A DNA stretch of 62,594 nt, the filler included, from Chiloscyllium plagiosum (taxonomy: Eukaryota): the NCBI RefSeq assembly GCF_004010195.1. It is 3 parts of one record of this genome, joined end to end, with 100 filler letters (N's around TTAATTAATTAA, not from the genome) between each part and the next. Parts side by side here need not be neighbours in the genome. Positions count along the whole stretch, not along the records: positions 27,670 to 54,083 come from NC_057713.1; 2 more parts are not named here. The stretch is one strand, 5' to 3'. Below the pieces are notes generated by a model, which was given only the letters and a program-made list of their open reading frames with translations, was not told the origin of the DNA and did no database searches. The position numbers were made by a program, and so were the translations under genes. This document shows positions 39,201 through 50,994 of this stretch, in pieces (positions within the stretch are counted from its first letter, which is position 1; the number at the start of each line of letters is the position of its first letter).

Positions 39201-42200
39201 TCTTTGATCTCTTTCCCTGGTAATCCCATTACTCTTTTAAAATGGTGTATTGGTAGTGTTTCTATCTTTTTAGTGACTGTACTTGATAGTGTTGTAGGTA
39301 AGTAACCACAAGTTACTCTTAATTCAGCTACTTAAGAAGAAATGTCAAGTACTGAAACAATTATTCAAACTTAATTGCGTGTAGCAACCAAATATAAGAC
39401 CCCTCAAGCAAGGAAGTATAAACCTGCAACCCATCTTAGTTATTACCTGATTAGTGGTGAAATCTGGCCAGACTTCAACCAACAGTGATCTGTCTCTGGA
39501 AGTTTCCAGGGTTTGGTCCTTCTGCAGTGTTCTTTAAAGTCCTGTTATTGAATTGTTCTGGTGTTCAGTATTGTACAGATTATCATCAATTGGTCTCTGA
39601 GGTAATATATAGATGATATATATCAATGTCCTTTCATCCAAATTACTCCCAACACTCCATCTGACTTCCTCATCACAAGTAAATTCCTTGTTTCTTGTTA
39701 CATTTGACATTGACTATTTGAAGACAAAGCTTTCTTCTAGTTAACTCCTTAAATTCTCCTGCAGGGCAATCAGTTGTCCTTGTGGCAATAAAGCATCCAG
39801 TTTATCAGGCATGTGTCAAAGCAGCTTTGTTTATGTAATCTCACAAAGGCATTGCTAATTGCTTGAGTCCCTGAGCAGCATCTTGTCTTTCTTCCTTAAC
39901 ACTTTATTCCAGACAGAATTATTGCTGTGTGTGATAGCTGATCTTCTGTTGATTCAATTAGTTGACAAGCAATTATTAAAGTCCTGAAGTCTATAATATC
40001 ACTGGTTAGGTTAATCCTAATCTCTTCCAGGTGTGATGCAATGTTAGTCCTGACTGTGTAAGGGTTACATTTCAAGCAAAATCCATGTAGCTTCTTAATC
40101 ATAGTTAAGATCTGGAGTTTGAAGTTTGCAATCCTACCTGAGCAATTGTGCTGGCTCACCCAAATTCATTATATAGACATGGGCAGTTTAAAGTGCATAA
40201 AATGAAAGTTTAATCTCTATTTACAAAATGGAATGTGACAATGACTCCCAGTAGTTTAAAGAAATGAATATTAACATGGTTAAGCACTGTCTATAACTAA
40301 GTATAATTCCTTTAAATGTTAACACAATTAGTACAATTGCATGGCAACTATAGTTTCCTTGCATGGGATTTCTTCAGGTATTGAGCCAATGCTTATGCTT
40401 CACCTAACATCACTAAGACTTTGGTCATAATCTCATTGCTGTTCAGGGCACATTGCTTTGTACAAATTGGCTGTGAAGTGCTTTGAGCTGTCTTGTGGTT
40501 GGAAATGTTGTGATATGAGGCAGGTCTCAGTGTTATCTTCCAGTCTTTTACCCCTAGTGGCATTTGAAGTTGAGAACCCAGTACAATAGCACTAGGAATT
40601 ACGAGTAATACTTTAAATGATGGATCCTTCTGTGGCTGTGGCTGAATGTTCAGGGTGGAAGGTGGTGATGGGGCAGGTGAAGGCCTATGGCTGCGGGGAT
40701 GAGGGCATTGAGGTTGGGGTGAGAGAGTTGGAGGAGTAGGGGGAACTATTTAATCCACAGAATTTGTCAGCAGTACATACCTTTCCACAGGGTTTTTCAG
40801 GACCTGATTTGGGCCCCTAGCATCAACCAGTTACACCATATCCATTTTGAAAAGGCATGCAGCTGTTTTTACTGGTTCAAATCTCCACAGCAGCCATCAC
40901 TGCCAGAGAGCTCTCAACCCCAAAAGTTTGGCTGGCAACCTCCCTGGGAGTCATGATCCACAATTTGGGAAACCCAGTTCTCAGCCATGTCATTGGTCTA
41001 ATGGAGGTAGTTTTCAAAGTAGTCAAGCAATTGTTTGTCTCTATGTTGTAGAGATTGTATCGTGAGCAACAAATAGCCAAAAGAAAGTATGGGTAAAATT
41101 ACGATTTCATTTGGAAGGTGCATTTTTACAGTCTGGATGATCAGAAAGAAAGAGTTTAAGGATAAATGTTTAGGGCTGGTCAATTGACTGTCATTTTCTT
41201 CCTGTCACCCACTGAATTAGGAAGTATAACTGCTTTTGTTGTGATTTTAAGAGACACAGTTTTAACAATGGTAATTTTTCTTGTACTCAACTCAGTCTAA
41301 TAAAATATGCGTCACCTTTTCAATTTTAAAAGTACAAAGTTTGCAAACACACATATGGGTTAGAGTGAGGAAGGATAAATTTAAAACAACTGTTGAGTCC
41401 AATCAAACTAAAGGCAACTTGTGAAGGTTGATGACTTGCCTGTCTTCAAGCTAAATTCTACAATTCTGCTGCTTTTGAATCTGTTACTTCTGGTGTCAAG
41501 GTGCAGTCTTATGTATTTATTTTGGCGTTAGTCATGCTTGATTGTCCTCTTTCAAGAAAGCTCCTTGACACATGGAGTAGTCAGAATCAGGTCACTACAG
41601 TTTCAAAACTTAATGGTTGATTGGTAAAAGGGGAAGAAACCCATTTGGATCTTGATCCTTCAGCTTTGGCAGCTGAATATGTACAATATAAAAATTGTGT
41701 AGTTATCTTTGCCTGCAAGCTCAAGTCACTGGAAAATACGAGAGGATTATACAGTGGGTTTGAAGTTTTAAGCAACTTGTGCTGCTGAGAGGGAGGGAAG
41801 GAACTGCTAGCAGAAGTATGAGAAATGGGATGGAATTGTTTCTCTATAACTTTTCCAATTCTGATGATGGGTCATTAACCTGAAACATTAACTTTTTCTT
41901 CCTCTTGATACATTTTGCTGGTTTGCTGAATGTTTTTTTGAGCATTTTCTATAAAATTTTCAGACTTTGAGAATTCCAGTATTTTCTTTTGTATTAGTTT
42001 TGTATAAGTTGATTTCTGTTTACAATTGAATGTTTGTGAACTATTCTTTGTATGTGGAATTTCTGTAGGAAATGTATTATTCTCTTAATCAAGCTGTCTT
42101 AATTTGAATTTGCTGTACTGTGCGGTTCAATTCTCACTTAAGTGCCTTGCTTTTAATTGATAAGTAAGTAAATAACAACTTTAATTGCCACTTGCAAGAA

Positions 42201-42372
42201 TGCATTCCACTAACTGGGAAGAAAAGTATTCTGATCTCTCCTACATGATAGTACTGTTATGCAAGGCATTTTTTTTGAGTGAGAGGATAGCTTATGACAG
42301 CACAATTTTCTATTCCATGCTCTTCAAGTACTCAGAATTGAAGTGCTACCCTATCAATCATAGAATCAGGGG

Positions 42373-43008
42373 TATTGTATCCGTTGCTCCCGATGCGGTC
42401 TCCTCTACATTGGGGAGACTGGACGCCTCCTAGCAGAGCGCTTTAGGGAACATCTCTGGGACACCCGAACTAATCAACCACACCGCCCTGTGGTCCAACA
42501 TTTCAACTCCCCCTCCCACTCTGCAGAGGACATGGAGGTCCTGGGCCGCCTCCACCATCGCTCCCTCACCACCAGACGCCTGGAGGAAGAACGCCTCATC
42601 TTCCGCCTCGGAACACTTCAACCCCAGGGCATCAGTGTGGACTTCAACAGTTTCCTCATTTCCCCTTCCCCCACCTCACCCTAGTTCCAAACTTCCAGCT
42701 CAGCATTGTCCCCATGACTTGTCCTACCTGCCTATCTTCTTTTCCACCTATCCACTCTACCCTCCTCCATGACCTATCACCTTCATCCCCTCCCCCACTC
42801 ACCTATTGTACTCTAAGCTACTTTCTCCCCACCCCACCCTCCTCTAGCTTATCTCTCCACCCTTCAGGCTCTCTGCCTTTATTCCTGATGAAGGGCTTTT
42901 GCCCGAAACGTTGATTTTATTGCTCCTCGGATGCTGCCTGAACTGCTGTGCTCTTCCAGACCACTAATCAAGAATCTGGTTTCCAGCATCTGCAGTCATT
43001 GTTTTTAC
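42373..43008 (+). mobile_element. Penelope-like element 3' end: GIY-YIG endonuclease plus terminal repeat with hammerhead
   Basis: Open frame 42373-42684 YCIRCSRCGLLYIGETGRLLAERFREH...HFNSPSHS...LEEERLIFRLGTLQPQGISVDF; core CTGATGA-A-GGGC-TTTT-GCCC-GAAAC-GTT at 42885-42912. Confidence 0.92.
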
Positions 43009-43659
43009 CTGCCTGAATAGATCAGCTTCTCTGAGTGCTGTGCAGATGCCAAATTCAAGTAGCTGCACAATGAAAGGTCACTTATTGCTATTTGGCAGAC
43101 AAGAGTTTTTTTAAAGTAGTAGCCCATTACAGTACCTTTCTTGTGAATATACTTTTTGTGTTTCATTTTTCTGAATGACAGAAATTTGAAACCATAGAGT
43201 GGAGTTATGGAAGTAGTGTTATTGGAGTCAAAAGTATTTTTAGTATCCCAGGGCTTATTTCTGCCTTTCTGATCCAAACATCTGCTCATGTGAATCATTT
43301 TCCAATTGATAAAGGTTAAATCAGCTGTAGTTTTTAAATTTTGCTTGTTTATCAGTGTTATTCAAAACCTTTAAAATTTTGGTTTAATTTACTTTCTCAA
43401 TTGCAGTTTGTATTTGGTTTAAGTAAATGTGAAATGTTTAATGGAGTAAAATTATTGGATTTCTATCAAAGGCACCTAAACTTTAGGCTGTTTTCTGACT
43501 AATGCATTGAATTGCTTGCCTAAAACAGGGGAACTTCTGTTTCATCTGTCCTAGTCTATTCAGGCCAATGCTGCAGTTAAGAAAGTACATCAATGTCTCT
43601 ACTTCCTCATAATGCAAAGGAAATTCGGTATTACCACAACGACTCGTGGAAATTTTTAT

Positions 43660-44117
43660 AGATGCACCACAGATTGATATGGCAACTGCTATGCCCAGAC
43701 TGCAAGAAATTCCACAGTTGTGTACATAGCCCAGTTCTTCACGCAAATCAACCATACTTCCATTGATTCTATTGATACTTTCCTCTGCCTTGGAAAAGCA
43801 GCCGACATAATCAAAGACTCCCTCATAGCCCAACCATGCCTGCTTTCACCCTCTTCCAACAGGCAGAAGATACAAACATTTGCAATCATGCACCAACAAA
43901 TTCAAGAACAGTTTCTTCCCACTGTTATTACTTCTGAATAGATTCTTATCTATTAGTGTTGATCTTTCTCTGCACCTTCTCTGTAGCTGTAACACTATAT
44001 TCTGCATTCTGTTCTATTACCCGGATGTACTTACGTCAGGTATGATTTGTCTAGTTATGCAATACAGTACTTTGCACTGTATCTTGCTACATGTGATAAT
44101 AAATCAAATCAAATCCA
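43660..44117 (+). mobile_element. Rex1/Babar-type LINE 3' end
   Basis: SIDSIDTFLCLGKAADIIKDS...NKFKNSFFP, then AATAAA and an (atcaa)n tail. Confidence 0.7.
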
Positions 44118-45002
44118 AACAACCCAGTTCAAATTTGTATTTTTTGTGATTGGTAAAATGATTGTGCCAAGATGATAGTTTGGGATCTTTTGCTGAACTG
44201 AATTTTGATTAGCTGATGAGATTATTGGCTGAAACATTTGATATTTTTTAAACTATTTGATTTTTGGAGTATGAGGTAGGAGGGAACTTAAAGTATGAAG
44301 AATATTGTATGAAGAACACAAATACCTCTCTACTGGATTTTATGATAAAAGTTAATTTGAAACCATTTGTATGATTTCAATAGCTGGAAAATCTGAGGTA
44401 GAAGACTTGTGATTTGAAAGTGCTTGCTTTTAATTATGGAGAATTCTAAAATCTATAAATTCTGGCACCTTCAGTGGGAATTCAAGCTGGGCTCAGTTGG
44501 GTTATGTGGGAATCAACGTCAGAGTGCATAGAGACAGGCATAGTTGACATATGGTATGTAAAGTGTTAGAATGTTCAACCAAAAGGAGGCATGACTGTGC
44601 AGTCCTGGTACACAAACAGTGCTGTAACAATATTGCTTCCAACTGACCAGTCCTGTATTTTGTATGCTGGAGTTTTAGGAAAGTCAAACTCTAATAATAA
44701 TAATAACAAATAAAACTTGCACATCCAGGTACCTTGAGCTTTTAATGACTGATCCATGTCCTACAAGTGGCAAAGTGTAAGTATGGGATTTGGGGATAAG
44801 AATGAGATTAAAATTTATACCATTTCATGTTGCTTCGATTTGCCAAAAGCCCCACTCCAACCACTAATCACCACCAAAAAAAGGGATAATTTAAATCCTT
44901 CAAATATCAATTTGAACCAGCTTACCAGCTGAGATTTAATTTGTCTGTTGTGTGTTGTGAATTAAGTTGTGTTGCTAAAAGCAGTCTTCTGATTTGCTAT
45001 CT

Positions 45003-45099
45003 TAACCCCTTGATGAGATCATCCTGCTCTACTATTTAATGACATTCAAACAATTTGAATGAATGAAAATTAATTAGAATGGATATGATACTGAGGTTA
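45003..45099 (+). ncRNA. Candidate box C/D snoRNA (97 nt, target unknown)
   Basis: TAACC-cc-t-TGATGA (C box 45011-45016) ... CTGA (D box 45091-45094)-GGTTA: perfect 5-bp terminal stem at kink-turn spacing. Internal ATGA (D', 45039-45042) abuts a perfect 8-bp hairpin CATTCAAA-caa-TTTGAATG, followed by a C'-like aTGAAAA. Confidence 0.55.
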
Positions 45100-45444
45100 T
45101 GTATATTATGGTGTAGCAGTGATATGAATCAGGTGCAAGAGACTGAAGAAAAGATGGAATAGCTTGCACTAATGGGAGATGGACTTACCATTCTGTACGG
45201 TAATGTGAATGAAAGAGTTTCCAGACACCTACCATAGTCAGACAACAGTCATTCTTGGGTAAAGTGAAACCACTGTAGGTTACAAGTTGAATGAAGAGAC
45301 AAAAATAGCCATTTCTCCAATGTGCAGAATTAACTCCAAGCAAAAAGCCTCATTCTGCTTCCACCACCCTCATAGGTAACGGGTTCTACATCATTAGCAC
45401 ACAATCATAAAAATGTTATCCCTCACATACTCCTGTGGATTCTG

Positions 45445-48400
45445 GGCAATCCAAGATGGCGGACGGGAAAAGAAATTGATTTTAAGAGCTGCTCTTTTAT
45501 TGAGGTATTTTAGGTGTTGGAGCTGATTATCGTTTTATAAGCTGTTGCATTCTTTTGGAAATTTGGGGGAAAAGATCAAAACAACAACACTTTAAAAATG
45601 AGAGACAAAGGCAGAAATCACATGATCAGTGTGTGTGTGTGTGTGAGAGAGAGAAACCTACACCGCTGTCTGACAGCAGTGAATCTGCCTTTCTATATGA
45701 AGAAAAATTAACAAAACAGCGAAATTCACAGCTGACCTTGGATGAACCTGTGTGGGAGAGCTTACAACACAGGAGCAGAGAAGTGTTTGGTTTTTAAATG
45801 TCGCTTTGCTGTCTTTAATAGTGAGCAGAGTGTGTTCTTTTTATTGAGATCCCTCTCTTGATTAAAATAGAGAGGAGAGAGATCAGTCTGAGACTGGTAC
45901 AGTTGGGAAAAGGAACAAGTCAAACAGTCAGGGCAGACAGGAACAGAGTGTGAGGTAGGACTGATAAATTAAACTGTATTTATTTCGATGCAAGAGGCCT
46001 AACAGGGAAGGCAGCTGAACTCAGGTCATGGTCATAAACATGGGACTGTGATATCATAGCAATTACAGAGACATGGCTCAGGGTAGGGCACAAATACTTT
46101 ATAAAGGAAGAATAGAAAGGTGGGGGGGCGCAAAAGAGGAGGGGGAGTGGCATTTTTGATAAGAGATAACATTACAGATGTACTTAAGGTGGATATTCCT
46201 GGTAATACATCCAGGGAAGTTAGGTGGAACTGAGAAATAAGAAAGGGATGATCACCTTATTGGGATTGTACTTACTATAGACCCCACAATATTCAGCGAG
46301 AAATTGAAAAACATACTTGTAAGGCGGTCTCAGTTATCTTTAAGAATAATAGGGGATTTTAACTTTCCGAATATAGACTGAGACTGCCGTGGTGTTAAGT
46401 GTTTAGATGGAGAGAAATGCAAGCATGTACAGAAACGTTTCCGATTCAGTATGTGGATGTACCTACTACAGAACGTGCAAAACCTGACCTACTCTTGGGA
46501 AATAAAGCAGGGTAGGTAATTGAGGTGTCAGTGGTGGAGCCCTTTGGGGCCAGCAACCATAATTCAATTAGTTTTAAAATAGTGATGGAAAAAGATAGAC
46601 AGGACATAAAAGTTCACATTCTAAATTGGAGGAAGCCCTATTTTGATAGTGTCAGGCAAGAACTTTGAAAAGTGGGGATGGGGGTGGGAGTGGATGTTTG
46701 CGGGTAAAGGAATGTCTGGAAAATGGGAAGCCTTCAAAAATGAATAATGAGAGTCCAGAGACAGTATGCCCCTTAGAGCGATAGGGAATTCTGGATGACT
46801 AGAGAAATTGAAGTTTTGGTTAAGAAAAAGAAGGAAACGTATGTCAAGTAGATAGCAGAGATTGAGTGAATCCTTAGAGTATAAAGGCAGTTGGAGTATA
46901 CTTAAGAAGGAAATCAGGAGGGCAAAGGGACATAATTTTGGCGAATAGGGTTAAGGAAAATCAAAAGGATAATTAGGGAGAGAATAGGACCCCTCAAAGA
47001 CCAGCAAGGTATCCTATGTATGGAACTGTAGGAGATGGGGGAGATACTAAATGACTATTTTGCATCAGTGTTTGCTGTGGAACAGGACATGGAAGATACA
47101 GAATGTGGGGAAATAGATGGTGACATCTTGAAAAATGTCCATATTATAGAGGTAGTGGTGCTGGATGTCTTAAAACACACAAAAGTAGATAAATCCCCAG
47201 GACTTGATCAGGTGTACTCTAGAACTCTGGGACGCTAGGGAAGTGATTGCTGGGCCCCTTGCTGAGATATTTGTATCATCAATAGTCACAGGTGCGGTGC
47301 CAGAAGACTTGGAGGTTGGCTAATGTGGTGCCACTATTGAAGGAAGGTGGTAAGGAAAAGCCAGGGAACTATAGACTGGTGAGCCTGACATCGGTTGTGG
47401 GCAAGTTGTTGGAGGGAATCCTGTGGGACATGATGTACATATATTCGGAAAGGCAAGAACTGATTAGGAATACAATAGTCAACATGGCTTTGTGCATGGG
47501 AAATCATGTCTCACTAACTTGATTGGGTTTCTTTTGAAGAAGTAGTGAAGAGGATTGATGAGGGCAGAGCAGTGGACATGATCTATATGGACTTCAGTAA
47601 GGCATTCGACAAGGTTCCTCATGGGCCACTGGTTAGCAAGTTAGATCTCTCAGAATACAGGGAGTACTAGCCATTTGGATACAGAATTGCCTCAAAGGTA
47701 GAAGATAGAGGATGGTGGTGGAGGATTAGCTTTTCACACTGGAGGCCTATGATCAGTGGTGTGCCACAAGGATCGGTGCTGTGTCCACTGCTTTTCTTCA
47801 TTGATAAATGATTTGAATGTGAATAGGAGGTATGGTTAGTACGTCTGCAGATGACAGCAAAATTGAAGGTATAGTGGATAGCAAAGAAGATTAACTCAGA
47901 GTGCAATGAAATTTTGATCAGATGGGCCAATAGGTCGAGAAATGGCACATGGAGTTTAATTTAGATAAATGTAAGGTGTTGCATTTTGGAAAGGCAAATC
48001 AGGGCAGGACTTATGCTCTTAGTGATAAGGTCCTGGGGAGACCTTGGAGTGCAGGTTCATAATTCCTTCAAAGGTGATTCGCAGGTAGATAGGAAAGTGA
48101 AGAGGGTGTCTTGTATGTTTTCCATTATTGGTCAGAACATTGAGTATAGGAGTTGGGATATCATGCTGTGGCAGCACAGGACATTGGTTAGGCCACTTCT
48201 GGAATATTGTGTGCAATTCTGGTCTCCCTCTTATCGGAAGGATATTGTAAAACTTGAAAGGATTCAGAATAGATTTACAAGCATGTTACCAGCACTGGAG
48301 GATTTGAGCTATAAGGAGTGGCTGAATAGTCTGAGGCTGTTTTCCCTGGAGCGTCGGAGGCTGAGGGTGACCTTATAGAGGTTGATAAAATCATAAAGGG

Positions 48401-48750
48401 CATGAACAGGGTAAATAGACTTGGTCTTTTTCCTGGGTTGGGGGAGTTTAGAACTAGAGGGCGTAGGTTTAAGATGAGAGGGGAAAGATATGAAAAGGAC
48501 CTTAGGGGCAACTTTTTCGTGCAAAGAGTGGTGCGTGTATGGAATGAGCTGCCAGAGGAAGTGGGGGAGGCTGGTACAATTACAACTTTTAAAAGGCATC
48601 TGGAATGGATACCTGAATAGGAAGTGTTTAGAGAGAGATGGGCCAGGTGCTAACAAATGGGACTAGATTAATTATATAATATCTAATCAGCATGGACGAG
48701 TTGGACCCCCGAAGTATCTGTTTCAATGCAGTACATCTTTGTGACTTTGT
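45445..48750 (+). mobile_element. Near full-length but decayed CR1 LINE (5' UTR, most of ORF1 missing, EN-RT, 3' tail)
   Basis: CAAGATGGCGG at 45452; EN start KLNCIYFDARGLTGKA at ~45966; RT fragments (ORFs 47035-48620); 3' end at ~48750. Confidence 0.88.
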
Positions 48751-49392
48751 TTCTCACTCAGCCTTAAATCCTTGCCACCGAGTTCTTGTAGCATCAGTTA
48801 AAGGAAATGGGTTTATTTGTTTACTTCATTTAAATATATTATAATCTTGGGTAAATAAATTCCCCCTCAACCTCTGTTGCTCTTTGGGACAGCAATCTTA
48901 CTTCTTCAATCCAATCAAACTCTTTCATAGCTGGACTGTCCAGTAAATCTCCTCTGCATCTTCTTGAGGAGCCTCGCATCCTTGTTAAAATGTGGTGACC
49001 AAAAGTGGATGTAGCAATTTTGTTTTGACTTGATATAGAGAATCAGAAAAACTTCCTTAGATATTGATGAAGACTGAGATCCTATCTGATTGCTCATTAC
49101 GTGATCTTTCTTTCGATCCTCAAAGATTTACCCAAGTGACTCCCAGGCCCCCCTGTCCTGACACACTTGCGAACAGTTTATCTACTCATGGGGCATGGAC
49201 CTCTCTAGCTGGCCAGCATTTATTGCCTGTCTCTAGTTCCCTTTTTAGTTATCTTCCACCATTCCTTCTGCCAAAGTATGTCATCTAATACTTTTCTGTT
49301 TTAAACTCCATTTTTCACTTGTCCGCCCTTTCTGCTAACGCACGTTGTTGCAGTTAATTTCTTGAGATATCATATGTACATGTGTAATAGTT

Positions 49393-49680
49393 TATTCATT
49401 CACAGGACGTAGTTGTCACTGACTAGGCCAACGTTCATTGCCCATTCCTAATTGCCCAGAGGGCAGTTAAGAGTCAACCACATTGCTGTGGAGTCTGGAG
49501 TCACATGTAAGCCAGGCCACATAAGGATGGAAGTTTCCTTTCCGAAAGAGTTCTAGTGAATCAGATGGGATTTTTCCAACAATTGTCAATGGTTTTTAAT
49601 TTCAGATTTTTTATTAAATTAAAATTTCACCATCTACCAAGATTCAAATCCACGTCACCAGATTGATAGTTGCGTCTCTG
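49393..49680 (-). mobile_element. SacSINE1-type Deu-SINE
   Basis: Reverse-complement tail ttattcattcacaggacg and Deu domain gagggcagttaagagtcaaccacattgctgtgg. Confidence 0.8.
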
Positions 49681-50620
49681 GATGAAAATGCTGCTCGGTC
49701 ATTCTCTCCCTTACAACGATAGTCATGTATAAAAATTGATCTCTGACTCGTGCCCAGAAAATCTCAACTCTTTCTAGTTGCTAACCAATCACTGTCTCTG
49801 CTGCAGGCTGATTGTCTTTCTCTATCAGGCTCTACCTCTGTCGTTCTCGCATGTGCTCTCGCGTTCTCTCTCCCTCTTTTTCCCTTCCTCCCTTTCCCTC
49901 CTCGTAACTGCTACAGGAATAGAGCAGGAGATCAAGACTGCCTGGATTCTTGTTTAGTGAGCTGATGTGGCCTGAATCAGCCAAGTGGCTCCCTTCTATA
50001 CTATATATGGTTATAGTAGAGTAGCTCCAATCAATTGGGTATGTCTTTTAAATGAGAGTTAGGCCATTTAGGGAGTATGTCACAAAACACTTCTGGTGTC
50101 CAAAGGGTAATGGAATTCTGGGACTTTCACAAAATGCACCTGAGACTTGATTAATCTACAGTTCCAGTACTTAGCAATAGTTCTTTATTAGATAAGGTTT
50201 TGAAGGTTTTAAAACCATCGGAGGTGGATGAAGTCAAGAAACTGGTTCAGTGTATCCAAGCAGAGCTGGGTCTAATTTATTTGCAAGTAGCCTTATGCAC
50301 GTGATCTGAGAGGCATGGCAAAGCGGAGAATTCAATTCACAAGCATGGAATAGTTTTTAACCTTCGTGCAAACATTCTTCAGTAAATGCTGTAAATAATT
50401 TTGTAATTAGTAGGATCTTTGTATGCTGCAATGTTGTAAGAGGGGTAAGTTAACTTTGCTAGGAAGTTTTAATCTGTAGTTAAAACTTAAGATATGACAA
50501 TATTCACAACTCAAAAGCATTGAAATCCGTGAAGTCAGCTTCCCTCTCTATCATTGCATACTAGAATTCATACTTGGTGATATTCTGTTAAGTAGCAGGT
50601 GTTCTCTCTGGTCATCTTAC

Positions 50621-50674
50621 CTCCTAATGTTTTCAGCATGTTTAATTTATTTTGCTCCTCATTGACAACCTGGC
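50621..50674 (-). other. Candidate - strand exon (54 nt, phase 1-1)
   Basis: Strong acceptor tttttcttttgtttcAG| and donor GAG|GTAAGA; open (QVVNEEQNKLNMLKTLG). Confidence 0.4.
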
Positions 50675-50724
50675 CTGAAACAAAAGAAAAATACTCTTGA
50701 GTATCTGAGGAGGGGATGAGAATG

Positions 50725-50994
50725 AAAGTGAGGTGATGGTGGTGTAGTGTTAATACCACTGAATTAATAACCCAGCAATCCAGGCTAATGCTGTTGGAAC
50801 AGGGGCTCAAATCCCACCATGGCAACTGCTGAAATTGAAACAAAATTTGGAATAAAGGAAGCTTGGCTCAGCAATGGTTATGATGAAATAATTTTTGATT
50901 GTTGGTTCACTAATGTTCTTGCGGGGACAAAATCTGCTGTTCTTACCTGGCCTTGTCTACATTTGTTTCCAAATTCTCAATGTTGGGATTGACT
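50725..50994 (+). mobile_element. SacSINE1-type Deu-SINE truncated by an L1 insertion
   Basis: Head ggtgtagtgttaataccactgaattaataacccag; Deu domain ggttcactaatg...cttacctggcc; interrupted at ttgact|ttttt. Confidence 0.7.

Noticed and set aside
44157..44235. Second C/D snoRNA-like motif set (CTGA...TGATGA...CTGA)
   Set aside because: No proper C box at the 5' end and no terminal stem.
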